Part shown: positions 44,769 through 55,996 of the stretch, in pieces | Position numbering within the stretch: the stretch's first letter is position 1 | Layout: each line of letters begins with the position of its first letter | Source: Porphyridium purpureum | Lineage: Eukaryota | NCBI GenBank assembly: GCA_008690995.1 | Contig: VRMN01000002.1 | Span: 1,116,001-1,180,000 of the forward strand | Length of the DNA: 64,000 nt | Direction: 5' to 3' | Made by a program: the position numbers and the translations under genes | Notes under the pieces: generated by a model | What the model was told of the DNA's origin: nothing | The model's input: the letters and a program-made list of their open reading frames with translations, nothing else | Databases searched by the model: none

Positions 44769-45105
44769 AGAATCGCTGTGTGTAGTTCCTGCGAGCGCCG
44801 AACGCGATGCCCTTCCGCCCTCGTTCCGGAAGGGGGGTTAGGAAAGGGGTTTCGCCGACGACGGACTCTTGTAGACCAATCAAGTAAACTAGACAATGAC
44901 GATTCACGTCAGACCAAACAGTCGTGAGTAAAAGGAAGTCCAGCCAAGCTGCGCAGCGTTCAAGACGCAGGACCGGCAAAAGAAAAGCGACTTCCTGTGC
45001 TCCATGAGATTCTTACGCCTTTACAAGTGAAAATAAGGAAAAAAGCAAGAGCAGAGAGACCCAGTGGAGGGAATAACGATTCACAGTGCCACAGCCGTCT
45101 TCTAC

Positions 45106-47862
45106 CTACTGCTCCTTGGTCCAGTTCAAGAGCGAGTGCACATTCCCTTCCATTTGCGCCGCTGGAGTCCTCACCTGGAAACGCAGTCGCCCGTCGTACA
45201 AATATTCGTGCAGCTGAGAGATAGAGCGCACGCCCAGATCCTGGAAGCCGTGCCTCACGCCCGCCACCAGATACGGCATAAAGCGCTTGATGCTTCCACG
45301 GTCAGCCACAGCGCCACTGACGCCCTGCGCGACACGGACGCGCTCATCCTCACTGAAATACCGCGACGCGCTTCCCTTTTTCATCGCCTCAAGGCTCCCC
45401 ATGCCGCGGTACTTCTTCAGCCGTACGCCGTCTTTGTAGAAATACTCACCGGGCGATTCTTCCGTACCCGCGAGCATGCTGCCCATCATGACGGCCGATG
45501 CGCCTACACACAGCGCCTTGATGATATGCCCTGTGGACGAAATACCACCGTCTGCAATCACGGGCACGCCAAGCTCCCGCGCGTAGCTTGCAACCTGGTA
45601 CACGGCCGTGGCTTGTGGGCGCCCGCAGGCCATCACTTCCTGTGTGGTACAAATACTGTTGTGAACTATGTTGTTTGCGGCGATAAAGGAGTGTGTTGCA
45701 CAGCCAACCTCGATGTCCCACACTTCCATTGGCTCGGCTACAGGCTCGATGGAAAGAATCGTTCCGTACATAAAATCTTCCGTGCAACGGGTGTCAGACG
45801 CCGTTCTGACAGCGTATCCTTGAGCCAGCTTATCGAGCGATGCCCGTTTCAAATTCTCAACGCTTACCGGCACTTGTCGCACCCCGTACGACTTTTGCAG
45901 TGTCATGCAGCACCAGCTAAACAATTCAATGACTCCAGGAGCAGTGGACACTAACCAATCCCTGCCAGGGCGCTCCTTGATGCCGTCGGAATCGACCAAG
46001 CCATCGTAAATACCCTGAGCGTATTCTTTGTTTCTGCACCACATGTTTGCGGGTAAATGCTTTTCAGTCTTTTTCCCGAATGAGCCGAAGAGTTCGGCCG
46101 TACGCGAGCAGTAGAAGTGAACGCTCTTCACATTCTTGCCTTGCTCATCATCTTGAATGACCACAGGCTTCTCAAACACACTCTCAATGCAGTCTTTCAG
46201 CTTTTCAGCCACCACGTCTTCGTGTTTGGCAAAGTACCAGGACACGCGACCCTGGAAACTATTCTTATATTTCACAAGAGCGGCGCATCCACTTCCAAGG
46301 AACGTCCCAAAAATGTATCCCAAATCGTACCCACTGTGCAGGATTCGAGTCATGGCAAAGGTGTTATTCGCGGTCATGAGGAGGTCATCATCCTCGCATT
46401 GAGATACGTCAAGCGCCAGCTCAACTGAAAAGTCTTCAGGGAGATCAAACTCGATGTCACTTGGCATCAACGTAAACGTGCTCTTCGTGTCGCAAGTTCC
46501 GACGGCGGTCCAACCAATTTCCTCTTGCTTGTTCTGCATGATCGGGGCAACGCTAGTCTTCGAAGCGTTTGGCGCGTCAGCGCGGTTTGCCATCCAGAAC
46601 TTGTGATCACTCGTAACATAGATAGGATGAGGCCACTTGGAAAACGTGGCTTTGACCACTGCTTTCGTGCCACGGTTGACAACCGCTGTGACGCGCACGG
46701 CTTTGCCCTTCATGTTGATGACGCGCTCTCCAACTTCAATGCTGGAAATGGCGCGGTAACTTCCGTCGGCCATCAACACGGGAGTCTCCGGACCAAAACA
46801 CCCGCAGCCCATGCCAATGCGCAGCGCGTCGACGCCCATCTTAATCAAGTGGTGCGCCTGGTTGCGCGTGACAACATTCCCCCCAATAACTTCAAGCTCC
46901 GGATGCTTTTCCTTGATGTAGTGGATCATGTCAATCTGGTAAATTGAGTCGCCCTGCGACGAGTCGAGCACCACCACATCCAGCCCGGTCTCCACCAGCG
47001 CGTCCAATCGTTCGCGGTCCTCTGGGCGGGTACCAATTGCGGCACCGCACAGTAAGCGTTTCCCTGATGCATCCTTCGATGTGTTTGGATAAATCTTCTG
47101 CTTCTTTAGATCGGTGCGCGCGACCAGGCCGACAAGCTCGCCCTGCTTGTTGACAATGGGCAATTTGCCCTTCTTGGACTCCTTCAGAATCGCGTGTGCC
47201 TCCTCGAGTGTGAGGCCTTGCTGACCGGTCACAAGTTCAGAGGTCATGCACTCCGACACAAGCACATTGTCGATATTGCGCACAAACTCCACGTCGCGGT
47301 TGGTCACAATGCCGAGCAATTTGCTACCCATCTGCCCACTTGCGGTAATTGGGATACCGCTAAAGCCGTACTTTTTCTTGATCGCCAGGGCATCCGCCAC
47401 GGTCGAGTCGGGGCTGAGCGTCTTTGGGTCTGTGATGAAGCCGTTCTCGTACCGCTTCACCCGGTCGACCTCCTTTTGTTGTTCGCGAACGGAGCAGTTG
47501 TAATGAATAATGCCCAAGCCGCCCTGCAGTGCCATGTTAATAGCCATTTCACTTTCCGTGACCGTATCCATCGGTGAGGAAATCATTGGCGCGTTCAGCC
47601 AGAGCTTGCGCGTGACGCGGCATCGTGTGTCGACGTCGTCTGCGGCAAAGTAGATATGACCTGGCAGCAACACAAAGTCATTATACGCGTACCCAGACAC
47701 GCCTTGCGAGAAGAGGTCCTGCCCCGCCACGCCATCCTGCAGCTTGAACAGCTCGTCGTCAGCAAAGTAGGGCGCGAGATTCTTAAAGCCCGCGCGTATC
47801 GATCCGCCAGAGTACAACCCAGGCGCAGCCGACGCGCCGGTCTCCTTTCCGTTCATACTCAT
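45106..47862 (-). CDS. IMPDH: Inosine-5'-monophosphate dehydrogenase (eukaryote type, with CBS pair), precursor containing an intein
   Basis: [48 protein letters not shown]|intein|[43 protein letters not shown]; start uncertain. Confidence 0.96.
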   Translation of the reverse strand: MSMNGKETGASAAPGLYSGGSIRAGFKNLAPYFADDELFKLQDGVAGQDLFSQGVSGYAYNDFVLLPGHIYFAADDVDTRCRVTRKLWLNAPMISSPMDTVTESEMAINMALQGGLGIIHYNCSVREQQKEVDRVKRYENGFITDPKTLSPDSTVADALAIKKKYGFSGIPITASGQMGSKLLGIVTNRDVEFVRNIDNVLVSECMTSELVTGQQGLTLEEAHAILKESKKGKLPIVNKQGELVGLVARTDLKKQKIYPNTSKDASGKRLLCGAAIGTRPEDRERLDALVETGLDVVVLDSSQGDSIYQIDMIHYIKEKHPELEVIGGNVVTRNQAHHLIKMGVDALRIGMGCGCFGPETPVLMADGSYRAISSIEVGERVINMKGKAVRVTAVVNRGTKAVVKATFSKWPHPIYVTSDHKFWMANRADAPNASKTSVAPIMQNKQEEIGWTAVGTCDTKSTFTLMPSDIEFDLPEDFSVELALDVSQCEDDDLLMTANNTFAMTRILHSGYDLGYIFGTFLGSGCAALVKYKNSFQGRVSWYFAKHEDVVAEKLKDCIESVFEKPVVIQDDEQGKNVKSVHFYCSRTAELFGSFGKKTEKHLPANMWCRNKEYAQGIYDGLVDSDGIKERPGRDWLVSTAPGVIELFSWCCMTLQKSYGVRQVPVSVENLKRASLDKLAQGYAVRTASDTRCTEDFMYGTILSIEPVAEPMEVWDIEVGCATHSFIAANNIVHNSICTTQEVMACGRPQATAVYQVASYARELGVPVIADGGISSTGHIIKALCVGASAVMMGSMLAGTEESPGEYFYKDGVRLKKYRGMGSLEAMKKGSASRYFSEDERVRVAQGVSGAVADRGSIKRFMPYLVAGVRHGFQDLGVRSISQLHEYLYDGRLRFQVRTPAAQMEGNVHSLLNWTKEQ
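45658..46800 (-). mobile_element. Intein (381 aa) with a LAGLIDADG/DOD-type homing endonuclease domain
   Basis: Block [14 protein letters not shown], block B VTSDH, endonuclease motifs [10 protein letters not shown] and [11 protein letters not shown], blocks [21 protein letters not shown], +1 Ser; removal restores GMGCGSICTT. Confidence 0.95.
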
Positions 47863-48718
47863 CTTCACGCCGCACTCCGTTCGACCCCTCCCCTCGCTTC
47901 CAGCACCGCCACCACCACACCCGACCCAAACGCTGCGCGTTCCCCTTGTGCCTTGCGTCCAGACTTGCCCATGCTCCCGCACGCACGACTTGCCCCCCAC
48001 CCGCATTGAGCGCACGGCGGCGGTCCACGAAGCTAAAAACCAAACGAGAAAAGAGAAAAAGAAAACCCCTCCAAAATCATAAAACGCACACCTTTTAGTA
48101 CGAACCCCTTGTCGCACCGCAACGTGCCCGTCCGCACAAACCATTAACCCGATAAACCGCGACCGCGCGTCGTTAGGCTCAAAGGCGTAGCTGTACCTCC
48201 TCCCTTTCTGTTGCGCGCCCTGATTTTTTGGTGTGCTTTTAGTATGTTTTGCTCGTCGAGGTACTGTTTGTCCATAACTTTACGTTGCCAACAAAACGAC
48301 GACACAAACACACACACACACACGTGCTCACACGCACGTGCTCAACCACTTCACACGCACCAAACTCAAAAAAGAACACCAACAGTGAAAACGCCGCGTG
48401 CATCAAAGGGCGGTGCTTTTTTGTCGTTTTGGGCTCTATCTAACAAAACACACCCGATTTGGGATTCGTCACCGTACGTGTCCGATTTGGGTTACGGTCC
48501 TTGGTTGTGTTCCTTTCGGTCGCCTCATTTTTTGGGTTGAATGGAGAAAGGTTTTGATTTTCAAAGTTTTGGTAGTAGGCGCGTGCAGTGTGAAGATGAG
48601 CGTGTGCGTGTGCGGGGATGGTGCGAGGAGAGGAGAGACGAGAAGAGAGGGAGTGGGAGAGCAAGTGGGAGAGGGGCAGGGAGGGGAACGGCTTGGGTGG
48701 GTTAGAGCGCAGGGGAGG

Positions 48719-51700
48719 ATGGTGGTGCGCGATGGCGCGCGGACGCGGGTGCTGCCCGCGATGGTGGTGGGCATCGTGGGGGTTGTGCTGCTGAGCATGC
48801 ACGGCGTGCGCGCGCAGTGCACGCCGGAGGATGAGTCGAACCCGTCGTTTGAATGCGAGGGGGTCATGTTTGCGCCGGGATTGCTGGTGGAGGACGCAGA
48901 CGCGACCGACGCGGATTTCCGAAACGCGTCGTTCTTGATTGCGCAGTTCATTCGCACCACGCTGGATGATGCGACGTTTGAGGACGCCACCATGATTGAC
49001 TTTGTGTTCAATGGTGAGACACCCGAGGGCGGCACCACGTCCGCGCAGCGCATTGATTTCTCCAAAGTTACCGCCCAGAGTGTGAATATCCTATCGTACG
49101 ATCTGCGAGGCATGTCGTTGGTGAACGCGTCCTCCACCACTTGGCGTATGAGCAACGTCGACGTGCGCAATGGCATGTTCCGCAACTACTCGGCGGTTGG
49201 AACAGGCATCGTCACAAATGCGGACTTCTCGGACAGTGATTGGGTTCTTGCAGAGATTGAGACGGTGCAGTACACGAATACAACGTGGACGGACGCCAAC
49301 TGTTTGGCGTCGACGTGGAGCATCGTAGAGTTTGTTGACACAGACCTTTCTGGCGTGCGCTACGGCAGCTCGCAGCACAAGCTCGGAAACTGGCGCAACG
49401 TCGTGTCCTCGGGCATGACGGGTCCCAGTATGCTCATTCAGAATATGCAGTTTGAGAATGTCGAACTGACGGACTTTCAGATCAACGGGGCGACTATCCA
49501 AAGTGGGAACGGCGGCTTTATTATGGACTCGCGCTTTTCAATGGGTACTTTCACGGGCACACTTTTCCAGAACATCGTTATTTCAAACTCGGACTTTATG
49601 AGCGTCGGCTTTTCGAACGCACGCTTCTTCGGAACTGATTGGATTAATTGCACATTCACGGATGGAAGCTGGGACGATCTGCTCATGAATAGTGGATCTT
49701 TTGATCCTGACTCCAGGATTGTGGACGTCACGGGCACGAACGTGCGGATACGGTTGCCTGCGAACCTGACCGGTGTGGAGTTTACTGGCGTGACATTTGA
49801 GCTCGAAACAGACGCGCTCTTTACCAGGGCCATATTTTCGGGCAGCGATTCAACGCTGTCTGGCTCGGATATGACCGGCGCGAATTTTGACCGCATCGAA
49901 ACCATGGGTGCCACCCGGCTTATCGTGAGGGACGCGGATCTGACCAACGCGACATTCCGTGGAGCGACATTGCGCGAGTCCGACTTTCGAGGTTCCACGG
50001 TTGACGGCGCCAGCTTTCGCGGGGTTGCAGCCAACGCTTCATCTTTCCGAGAAATCATGTCCTCGTCGAGGCGTGCCGACTTTTCGGCCTTGCCAACGGG
50101 CCCGAACATGGTTCGCGTGACTGATTTGCGGAACGCAGATTTCACAGATTCGTCGTTGAACGCCGCGCGATTTGTATCTGCTGACTTGCGATCTGCAAGC
50201 TTTGGAAATGCTGACTTAACATCTGCAGACTTCCGCTTTGCGCGACTTGATGGCACCAATTTTGGCGGTGCCATTTTGGAAGACGCCGACTTTTCGATGG
50301 CCACTGGCCTCGGCGAGCCATGTGAAGACTTCTGTAGCGGGCGGGGCTGCAAGTGCTCAACCATTCCGCAGTGTGCGAACGGTGAAGAACCTTCTCGCGG
50401 CTCAGATTGCTCCAATTCCAACCTGTCAAATTATACATATGTCGGTGATGACTTCACAGGCACTGACTTTTCGTCTACGGAGTTCGTCTTGATTGGAATG
50501 GATGCGGTACTGCTTGATAATGCCACCTTTGAGGGCGCCGTGTTGACGGATTCTTTCTGGCTCGGCGCGTCTGCGACAGATGTCGACATGCGATCGATCT
50601 CGGCGACAAACTTTGTTCTAGCGGAAACGGACGCGTCTCGGGCGCAAATGCAGAGAGCAACGTTCCAAGGTATGTCCGAGTTGGTCGACAGCAACTTGAC
50701 GAATGCGCAAATGAACGGAATGGTGCTTGCGGGGAATTTCACTGTACGCAACGCGGACATGACCAATGCGGATCTATCGCTGAGTGTACGATTCGGCTCG
50801 GCGAATATTTCTTTCGTGGACGTCATCGCATCAGGCGCCATCTTTGATCGTGTGTCCTTTTTTGACTCCTACTTTCTGCGCTGCGACTTTACGAACGGCG
50901 TGCTCACGTCGGCGTCGCTTGCTGGCTCGCTCTTTGAGGACGCCACGTTCGAAGAATGCTCGTTCGCTGGTGCTATCATGAACGACATTACAACGCTGCG
51001 GGTTAGCTTTAATGGCTCGCGAATGGACGGTATTGACTTTTCGGACTCGAATATTGTGGGAGCAGTCTTTCCGCGCAGCCAGGATTTCGTTTTCACATCG
51101 CTGCGGGGCGCGTCTTTCAATCGGGCTCAGCTTGACGCCGTCAACTTCAACGACGCCGATTTGTCTCTTGCAAGTTTTTCGGGTGCGAATATCACCGACA
51201 CGTGCACGTTCAATCGCGCCAACTGCACCGGAATCTCGGGTGTCGACGGCGGGTGTGAGGGTTTTTGTTTGCAGCGCGGTTGCTTCTGCGCACCACCGAC
51301 GCCTACGCCAACGCCATCACCGACGCCGGTTCCGACGAGGAACCCGTCGGACACGCCAACACCCTCGCCGACACCAACGCCAACGCCCACACCGACTCCG
51401 ACGCCTTCGGGACCTACGGCTTCGCCGTCGGTCATGCCATCAAGGACGCCGAGTCCCGCGCCTTCGCCAACCTCGGAACCCTGTTTCCCGGCGAGCGCGA
51501 TGGTGGAGCTGGAAGATGGCCGCACTCTACGCATGGACCAGTTAGAATATGGCGACCGCGTGCGAGTGAGCCCGGCGGGGACGAAGGATGCGTTCAGCTC
51601 GGTGTACTTTTTCGGGCATCGGGACGCCACACGAACGGCAGAGTATGTCCAGCTTGACTTGGAGGATGGCAGCACACTTCGCGTGTCGGCTCTGCACTTC

Positions 51701-52057
51701 GTTTATGTAGATGGCGGCGTGCGAAGAGTCCGTGCAGACGCCGTGCAGGTAGGCGCGAAAATGCTAGCGGCAGATGGCGCTCTGAAGCGCGTGGTGGCTC
51801 TTCCTGGGCGCGTACAGGAGCGCGGTGTGTTCAATCCGCACACAGAGCACGGCGATATATTCGTAGATGGTGTCAAAGCGTCTTCATACACGGCGCTAGT
51901 GCACCCGATGTTGGCGCACATGCTGTTGGCGCCAGTTCGATTGGCTTACCGCGTGTGTGAGCTGCGGCTCCTTGGAAACTTGTTCCACATGGATTTGCCG
52001 GAAGGGGTGCGCACGATTGCGGCGCCTTTGCTCAGCGCTTTGAAGGAAAGTTCGTAG
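48719..52057 (+). CDS. Secreted pentapeptide-repeat protein with a Pro/Thr linker and a C-terminal Hedgehog-type Hint (Hog) domain
   Basis: Signal [18 protein letters not shown]; many A(D/N)(L/F)xx repeats ([25 protein letters not shown]); (PT/PS)n linker; [14 protein letters not shown] at 51482, [43 protein letters not shown]. Confidence 0.9.
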   Translation: MVVRDGARTRVLPAMVVGIVGVVLLSMHGVRAQCTPEDESNPSFECEGVMFAPGLLVEDADATDADFRNASFLIAQFIRTTLDDATFEDATMIDFVFNGETPEGGTTSAQRIDFSKVTAQSVNILSYDLRGMSLVNASSTTWRMSNVDVRNGMFRNYSAVGTGIVTNADFSDSDWVLAEIETVQYTNTTWTDANCLASTWSIVEFVDTDLSGVRYGSSQHKLGNWRNVVSSGMTGPSMLIQNMQFENVELTDFQINGATIQSGNGGFIMDSRFSMGTFTGTLFQNIVISNSDFMSVGFSNARFFGTDWINCTFTDGSWDDLLMNSGSFDPDSRIVDVTGTNVRIRLPANLTGVEFTGVTFELETDALFTRAIFSGSDSTLSGSDMTGANFDRIETMGATRLIVRDADLTNATFRGATLRESDFRGSTVDGASFRGVAANASSFREIMSSSRRADFSALPTGPNMVRVTDLRNADFTDSSLNAARFVSADLRSASFGNADLTSADFRFARLDGTNFGGAILEDADFSMATGLGEPCEDFCSGRGCKCSTIPQCANGEEPSRGSDCSNSNLSNYTYVGDDFTGTDFSSTEFVLIGMDAVLLDNATFEGAVLTDSFWLGASATDVDMRSISATNFVLAETDASRAQMQRATFQGMSELVDSNLTNAQMNGMVLAGNFTVRNADMTNADLSLSVRFGSANISFVDVIASGAIFDRVSFFDSYFLRCDFTNGVLTSASLAGSLFEDATFEECSFAGAIMNDITTLRVSFNGSRMDGIDFSDSNIVGAVFPRSQDFVFTSLRGASFNRAQLDAVNFNDADLSLASFSGANITDTCTFNRANCTGISGVDGGCEGFCLQRGCFCAPPTPTPTPSPTPVPTRNPSDTPTPSPTPTPTPTPTPTPSGPTASPSVMPSRTPSPAPSPTSEPCFPASAMVELEDGRTLRMDQLEYGDRVRVSPAGTKDAFSSVYFFGHRDATRTAEYVQLDLEDGSTLRVSALHFVYVDGGVRRVRADAVQVGAKMLAADGALKRVVALPGRVQERGVFNPHTEHGDIFVDGVKASSYTALVHPMLAHMLLAPVRLAYRVCELRLLGNLFHMDLPEGVRTIAAPLLSALKESS
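51290..51480 (+). repeat. Coding Pro/Thr/Ser-rich repeat linker
   Basis: [15 protein letters not shown]...[14 protein letters not shown]. Confidence 0.85.
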
Positions 52058-52168
52058 ATTGTGTATGAGCGGCAAGTCGTTCATTTAAATCGTTTGTCTT
52101 GGATTGTGCGTGTTCTTTGTGCAGTAGTACACCATAGCTCCAGATCGCTTCGCCGCACAACTGCCGAA

Positions 52169-53044
52169 TCATCTGTCGCTCGTATCCATGGCGTTCTCAT
52201 TCTTCGCGGGCCCTGTTACGGCTGCTTCTGCTTTTGATCTGGCTGTGGTCTCTGCAGTTGGATTTGAAGCGGACGCGGTTGCTTGATCCGGTGCACGGGC
52301 GGGTACCCGAGCGGATGAGCCGCCTACAGGTGCGGACGTGCCACTTAGGACACCTTCCATAGGTGCGGCGCCATCCGCAAAGGCAGGTTGGCTGGCCACT
52401 GATGCAGAGGTGCTCATCTTGACTCCATCGGTTGTTGGAGCGACGGAAGGCGACGAGGTTCCAGGCATAGCTTGAGCTTCCGGGCCCACAGAGCTGTTCC
52501 CGGGCAATGGCGGGCGCGTGCTCGGCGTCTTCACCCCCGCCTTGCTTTTGGCGGGCGGCTTCCCGCTCCTGGTTCGTATTTGATAGTTGTGAGCGGTGAG
52601 CTGAAATTCTTGTTCCGGCAGTTGCACGCCCGCTCGCACAGTGTCCAGTACGGGCAGCGGGATCGCGTTCTGCTCTCGCGCCATCTGAGCCATCACTTCT
52701 CGTGATGGTACCTGCGTAAACGAGTAACTTGTGCGAGTCTGAATAGCGAGTTTCACATCATCCGCCGTGATGACATCTGGAGCCATGTTCGCTTGCACAT
52801 TTGCGTTCGCACTTGCCGCCGCGGTCGCGCCTCCCTTTCCTTGCACGGCGGCGCCTCGATTAGCAAACTCAGCGTACGACTTGGCGTCCTCCAATGTTTC
52901 GGACACATATCGATACATCAGCTCCAGCAGCATAGGCACCACACGGTCGTCGTACTCCCGCAAACCCATCGACTTGAGGATCTGCGTCAACACATATGCA
53001 TCACGAGGCGCCGGCTCTTCCCCTCCTTCTTCATTCGGCTCCAT
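52169..53044 (-). CDS. TAF9: TFIID/SAGA subunit TAF9
   Basis: PRDA..L..ILKSMG..EY..RV..LLE..YRY, DDVKLAI, SFT..PSRE, N.IPLP, LP....LT..NY. Confidence 0.9.
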   Translation of the reverse strand: MEPNEEGGEEPAPRDAYVLTQILKSMGLREYDDRVVPMLLELMYRYVSETLEDAKSYAEFANRGAAVQGKGGATAAASANANVQANMAPDVITADDVKLAIQTRTSYSFTQVPSREVMAQMAREQNAIPLPVLDTVRAGVQLPEQEFQLTAHNYQIRTRSGKPPAKSKAGVKTPSTRPPLPGNSSVGPEAQAMPGTSSPSVAPTTDGVKMSTSASVASQPAFADGAAPMEGVLSGTSAPVGGSSARVPARAPDQATASASNPTAETTARSKAEAAVTGPAKNENAMDTSDR

Positions 53045-53447
53045 TACTTGGACCAGGCCCTGCTTGCCGATCCGTCGCGCGCACACAGATCCTCCTCCCC
53101 AACGTTAACCCCCCTTTTCCTTCCCTTCACCTTGCTCCATCCAGCCTCTCCTCGTTCCTTGGCCTACACCAACACCTCAAACCACTTTCTTATCGGTTTA
53201 TCCACGGTCAAGTGGTTTCCGTCATGTCGCACCAAGCCGATTATCCGATTATCCGATAAACCGGCAAAACGTGGCACCTCAGTGCGCGCCGGTACGGCGA
53301 GCGTTATTTTGCGTACTGCGGAAACTGGGCTGGTTGATTAGAAACGGCTGCGGGAATACTGAGGACATTGAACGGCTAAGAGGAATGTGAGCGAACAGTG
53401 ATGAGCAGAGGCGCGGAGGAGGTTGGGGCGCTGCACATGGCGAGAAG

Positions 53448-54800
53448 ATGGGGTCTGTGTCGATGGAAGGAATGGATGTCGAGAGCGCGGCGGCAACGCC
53501 CGGCGGCGCTGGTAAGGCGTCTGCGGGAGGAGGAGCGCATGGCGTGAAGCTCGGCTTCAATTGGGCCGGCGAGGCGTTTGGTCCAGCTGACAGGGAGCCC
53601 ACGGGCGGGCTCGTGTCGTCGATCATGAATTTGTGCGCATGCGCTTTCGGAGCGTCCATGCTTTCGATTCCTTTCGCCATGGAACACGCCGGCGTGCTGC
53701 CCATTTTGGGGCTGCTTGTGCTGCTAGGAGCCATCGCCACCAAGGCCGCCGCAAGTATCATCCAGGCTGGGCGGCGGTGTGAGTGCTCGTCGTATAATGG
53801 CATCATGAGCGCGTATTTTGGCGCGTTTGCTGGCCACGTGTGCGAGTCCCTGCTCGCACTGTGCCTGGCACTGGCGGCCATGTCGTATATTGTAGGACTT
53901 GCAGATATGCTGCCAGATATGATTGCTGCCACGGGAAGCATCAGCAGATTGCCCCGCATCATCGTGATCATGTTGGCCGTGTTCCCGCTCACGCTGGTCC
54001 CGGATATGGCCGTGTTTGGACCGGCGTCCCTCGTAGCATGCCTCGGATGTTACGGACTCGCCATGGGTCTTTCGTTTGTGCTGGCCACAACGCCTCCTGT
54101 GCATGGTGCCAAGGCGTGGTCAACAGTGTTTCTCAAGTTTGATGTCATGGCAGCGTTCCAACAGTTGCCATTGGTGACGTTTTTGTACGCATTCCATTAT
54201 ATTCTCACGGACACACTAGGAGAGCTGGCCAATCCGTCCGCTTCACGCATGTCCAAAATGATAGGTGGAACCATTCTGGTCCAATTTCTTTGTTACGTGG
54301 TGGTGGGTGTGAGCGGGCTGCTCTTGGTGTTGACACTCGGAAAGTCCACACCAGATAACGTGTTACTTGCGCTCGGTAATGATTCGATTGTGGTGGTGTT
54401 TGCACGCTGGGTGCTCGGGTTCTTGCTCTTCGCAACCTACTCTCTGTTCATCCTACCATTGCGCAATCGCATTGAGCTGATATATTGGAAGCAAGTGCAA
54501 CCAGGTCTCACGGTCGCGCGGTTGCAGATTTGCGCGCTCCTGGCGGGCTTGATCGGCGTGTCTGCCATCACATTGCAGAACCTGTCGCTCGCAAACGATG
54601 TGGCTGGAGGATGCATCGCGGTCATCATGTTGCTCTTTCCGGGAATGCTGACCGTAAAGGACACTTTCGAAACACCTAGCATGCCCCTTGCACGTCGCGT
54701 ATCCCAACTGGTCGTGGGATTCTGCATGGCGGCTCTCGGTGTCCTAGTTTTTGCCATTGGCATTGGTGCCGCAGTGAGTGAACTCCTCAGCGACTTTTAA
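53448..54800 (+). CDS. Amino acid transporter, AAAP/SLC38 family
   Basis: SIMNL...AFGASMLSIPFAM..AG, FLYAFH and about 11 hydrophobic segments. Confidence 0.85.
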   Translation: MGSVSMEGMDVESAAATPGGAGKASAGGGAHGVKLGFNWAGEAFGPADREPTGGLVSSIMNLCACAFGASMLSIPFAMEHAGVLPILGLLVLLGAIATKAAASIIQAGRRCECSSYNGIMSAYFGAFAGHVCESLLALCLALAAMSYIVGLADMLPDMIAATGSISRLPRIIVIMLAVFPLTLVPDMAVFGPASLVACLGCYGLAMGLSFVLATTPPVHGAKAWSTVFLKFDVMAAFQQLPLVTFLYAFHYILTDTLGELANPSASRMSKMIGGTILVQFLCYVVVGVSGLLLVLTLGKSTPDNVLLALGNDSIVVVFARWVLGFLLFATYSLFILPLRNRIELIYWKQVQPGLTVARLQICALLAGLIGVSAITLQNLSLANDVAGGCIAVIMLLFPGMLTVKDTFETPSMPLARRVSQLVVGFCMAALGVLVFAIGIGAAVSELLSDF

Positions 54801-55153
54801 GGGCAGTGCGTTAGAGCGCCGGCAGATGTAAATCATGTGTTATTCTTGTTGGTCTTTGCTGGGGTTCCAGCTTCACAGCCGTGTTCGCACAGGCTTGAGT
54901 GCCCATCTATGGAATCCGGTGGGTAATTCGGCTTTCTAGTACACACTGCTCCCCAGATGACAGGAGAGGGTCACACGCAATGAGGGACTTGTTTCGGTGC
55001 GTAGCTGCGCGCCCGCTTTTGTCTAATTTTACTTTACAACCTCATACCATCGAAACCGGAACGAGGAATAAGTGAGTCGCGATTGCCAGACAAGGCAACC
55101 ACAAATACCAAAATATGCGAACAACAGAGCAGGAAGGTGAAGACACAAGCCCG

Positions 55154-55996
55154 TCATGTCGACCGCTTCGCTGCTGAGTCAGTGGGTGCGCAGTCTGCGC
55201 TGGCCAACTTCTTCTCGTCCGCTGCCATCTTGGACTTCCACTGCCTGTAGCTGGTATCGGTGCCATAAATGTAGTCGGTCCAGATGAAGACTGACGCATA
55301 GTTACCGGAGTACGACTTGTGATGGTGGTCATGAAAGTCGGCACCGCCATAAAAGGGTAGCCATCGATTTAGGCTCCACGGAAAGTCGTACCCAGAGTGA
55401 CATTCGACGGTCTGCAAGCATCGGAAGAAAAGATATACCCACAGCGTCAGCAGATGCGGCCTGCAAATGATAGGACCAAAGATCGTGGATAACCCAAGAA
55501 AGATCACTTCCAGCGGGTGCGCGTATTCTGCGGCGATCCCAAATGGAGCCGAGTACGTGTGGTGCACCGAGTGAATATGCCGGTACAAAAAGTCGGTATG
55601 CAGAGCGCGATGACCCCAGTAAAAGCAAAAGTCCTCAATCAAGAAGCACACAAAGACCTGGAAAGCAATGGTAATCAGCGAAGGAACTTCGTACCCCGCG
55701 TCCACGCCCAGAAATTCAAACAAGTGGGAAACCATGACAATCGGGAATACCACAAGCATGTGGTTGAGCATGACGGCCTTAAAGCACTGCCACTGACCGG
55801 GCAGATCGTTTTCCTTCTCGTCCTGGATCTTCCATTTGTGGAAGTAAGGCGTACGATCCATAACGAAAAACGGCAAGTACGAGCCCCAGTAGAACATCTC
55901 GTGCAGAACGAATGTCCCGAACGAACGAAGTTGCCACGCTGGCACGTTCTCAACAAGCGTGCCCCATGCTTCCTGCAAGCCGGGCACTTCCGCCAT
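55154..55996 (-). CDS. Sterol C4-methyl oxidase (methylsterol monooxygenase, SMO/ERG25 family)
   Basis: His boxes YWGHRALH, IHSVHH, FHDHHH; AAEYAHPLE; HSGYDFPW. Confidence 0.92.
   Translation of the reverse strand: MAEVPGLQEAWGTLVENVPAWQLRSFGTFVLHEMFYWGSYLPFFVMDRTPYFHKWKIQDEKENDLPGQWQCFKAVMLNHMLVVFPIVMVSHLFEFLGVDAGYEVPSLITIAFQVFVCFLIEDFCFYWGHRALHTDFLYRHIHSVHHTYSAPFGIAAEYAHPLEVIFLGLSTIFGPIICRPHLLTLWVYLFFRCLQTVECHSGYDFPWSLNRWLPFYGGADFHDHHHKSYSGNYASVFIWTDYIYGTDTSYRQWKSKMAADEKKLASADCAPTDSAAKRST

Noticed and set aside
28393..47862. Purine metabolism gene cluster (phosphorylase, 5'-nucleotidase, IMPDH)
   Set aside because: The genes are interspersed with unrelated housekeeping genes and nothing indicates co-regulation
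45658..52057. Common origin of the IMPDH intein and the adjacent Hog Hint domain
   Set aside because: They are different Hint classes (HN|S terminus with endonuclease versus FNPHT..G motif with SRR-like tail) and show no visible DNA similarity
51482..55996. Sterol oxidase near the Hog gene as a sterol-attachment cluster
   Set aside because: The SMO is a normal housekeeping sterol enzyme, separated from the Hog gene by TAF9 and a transporter
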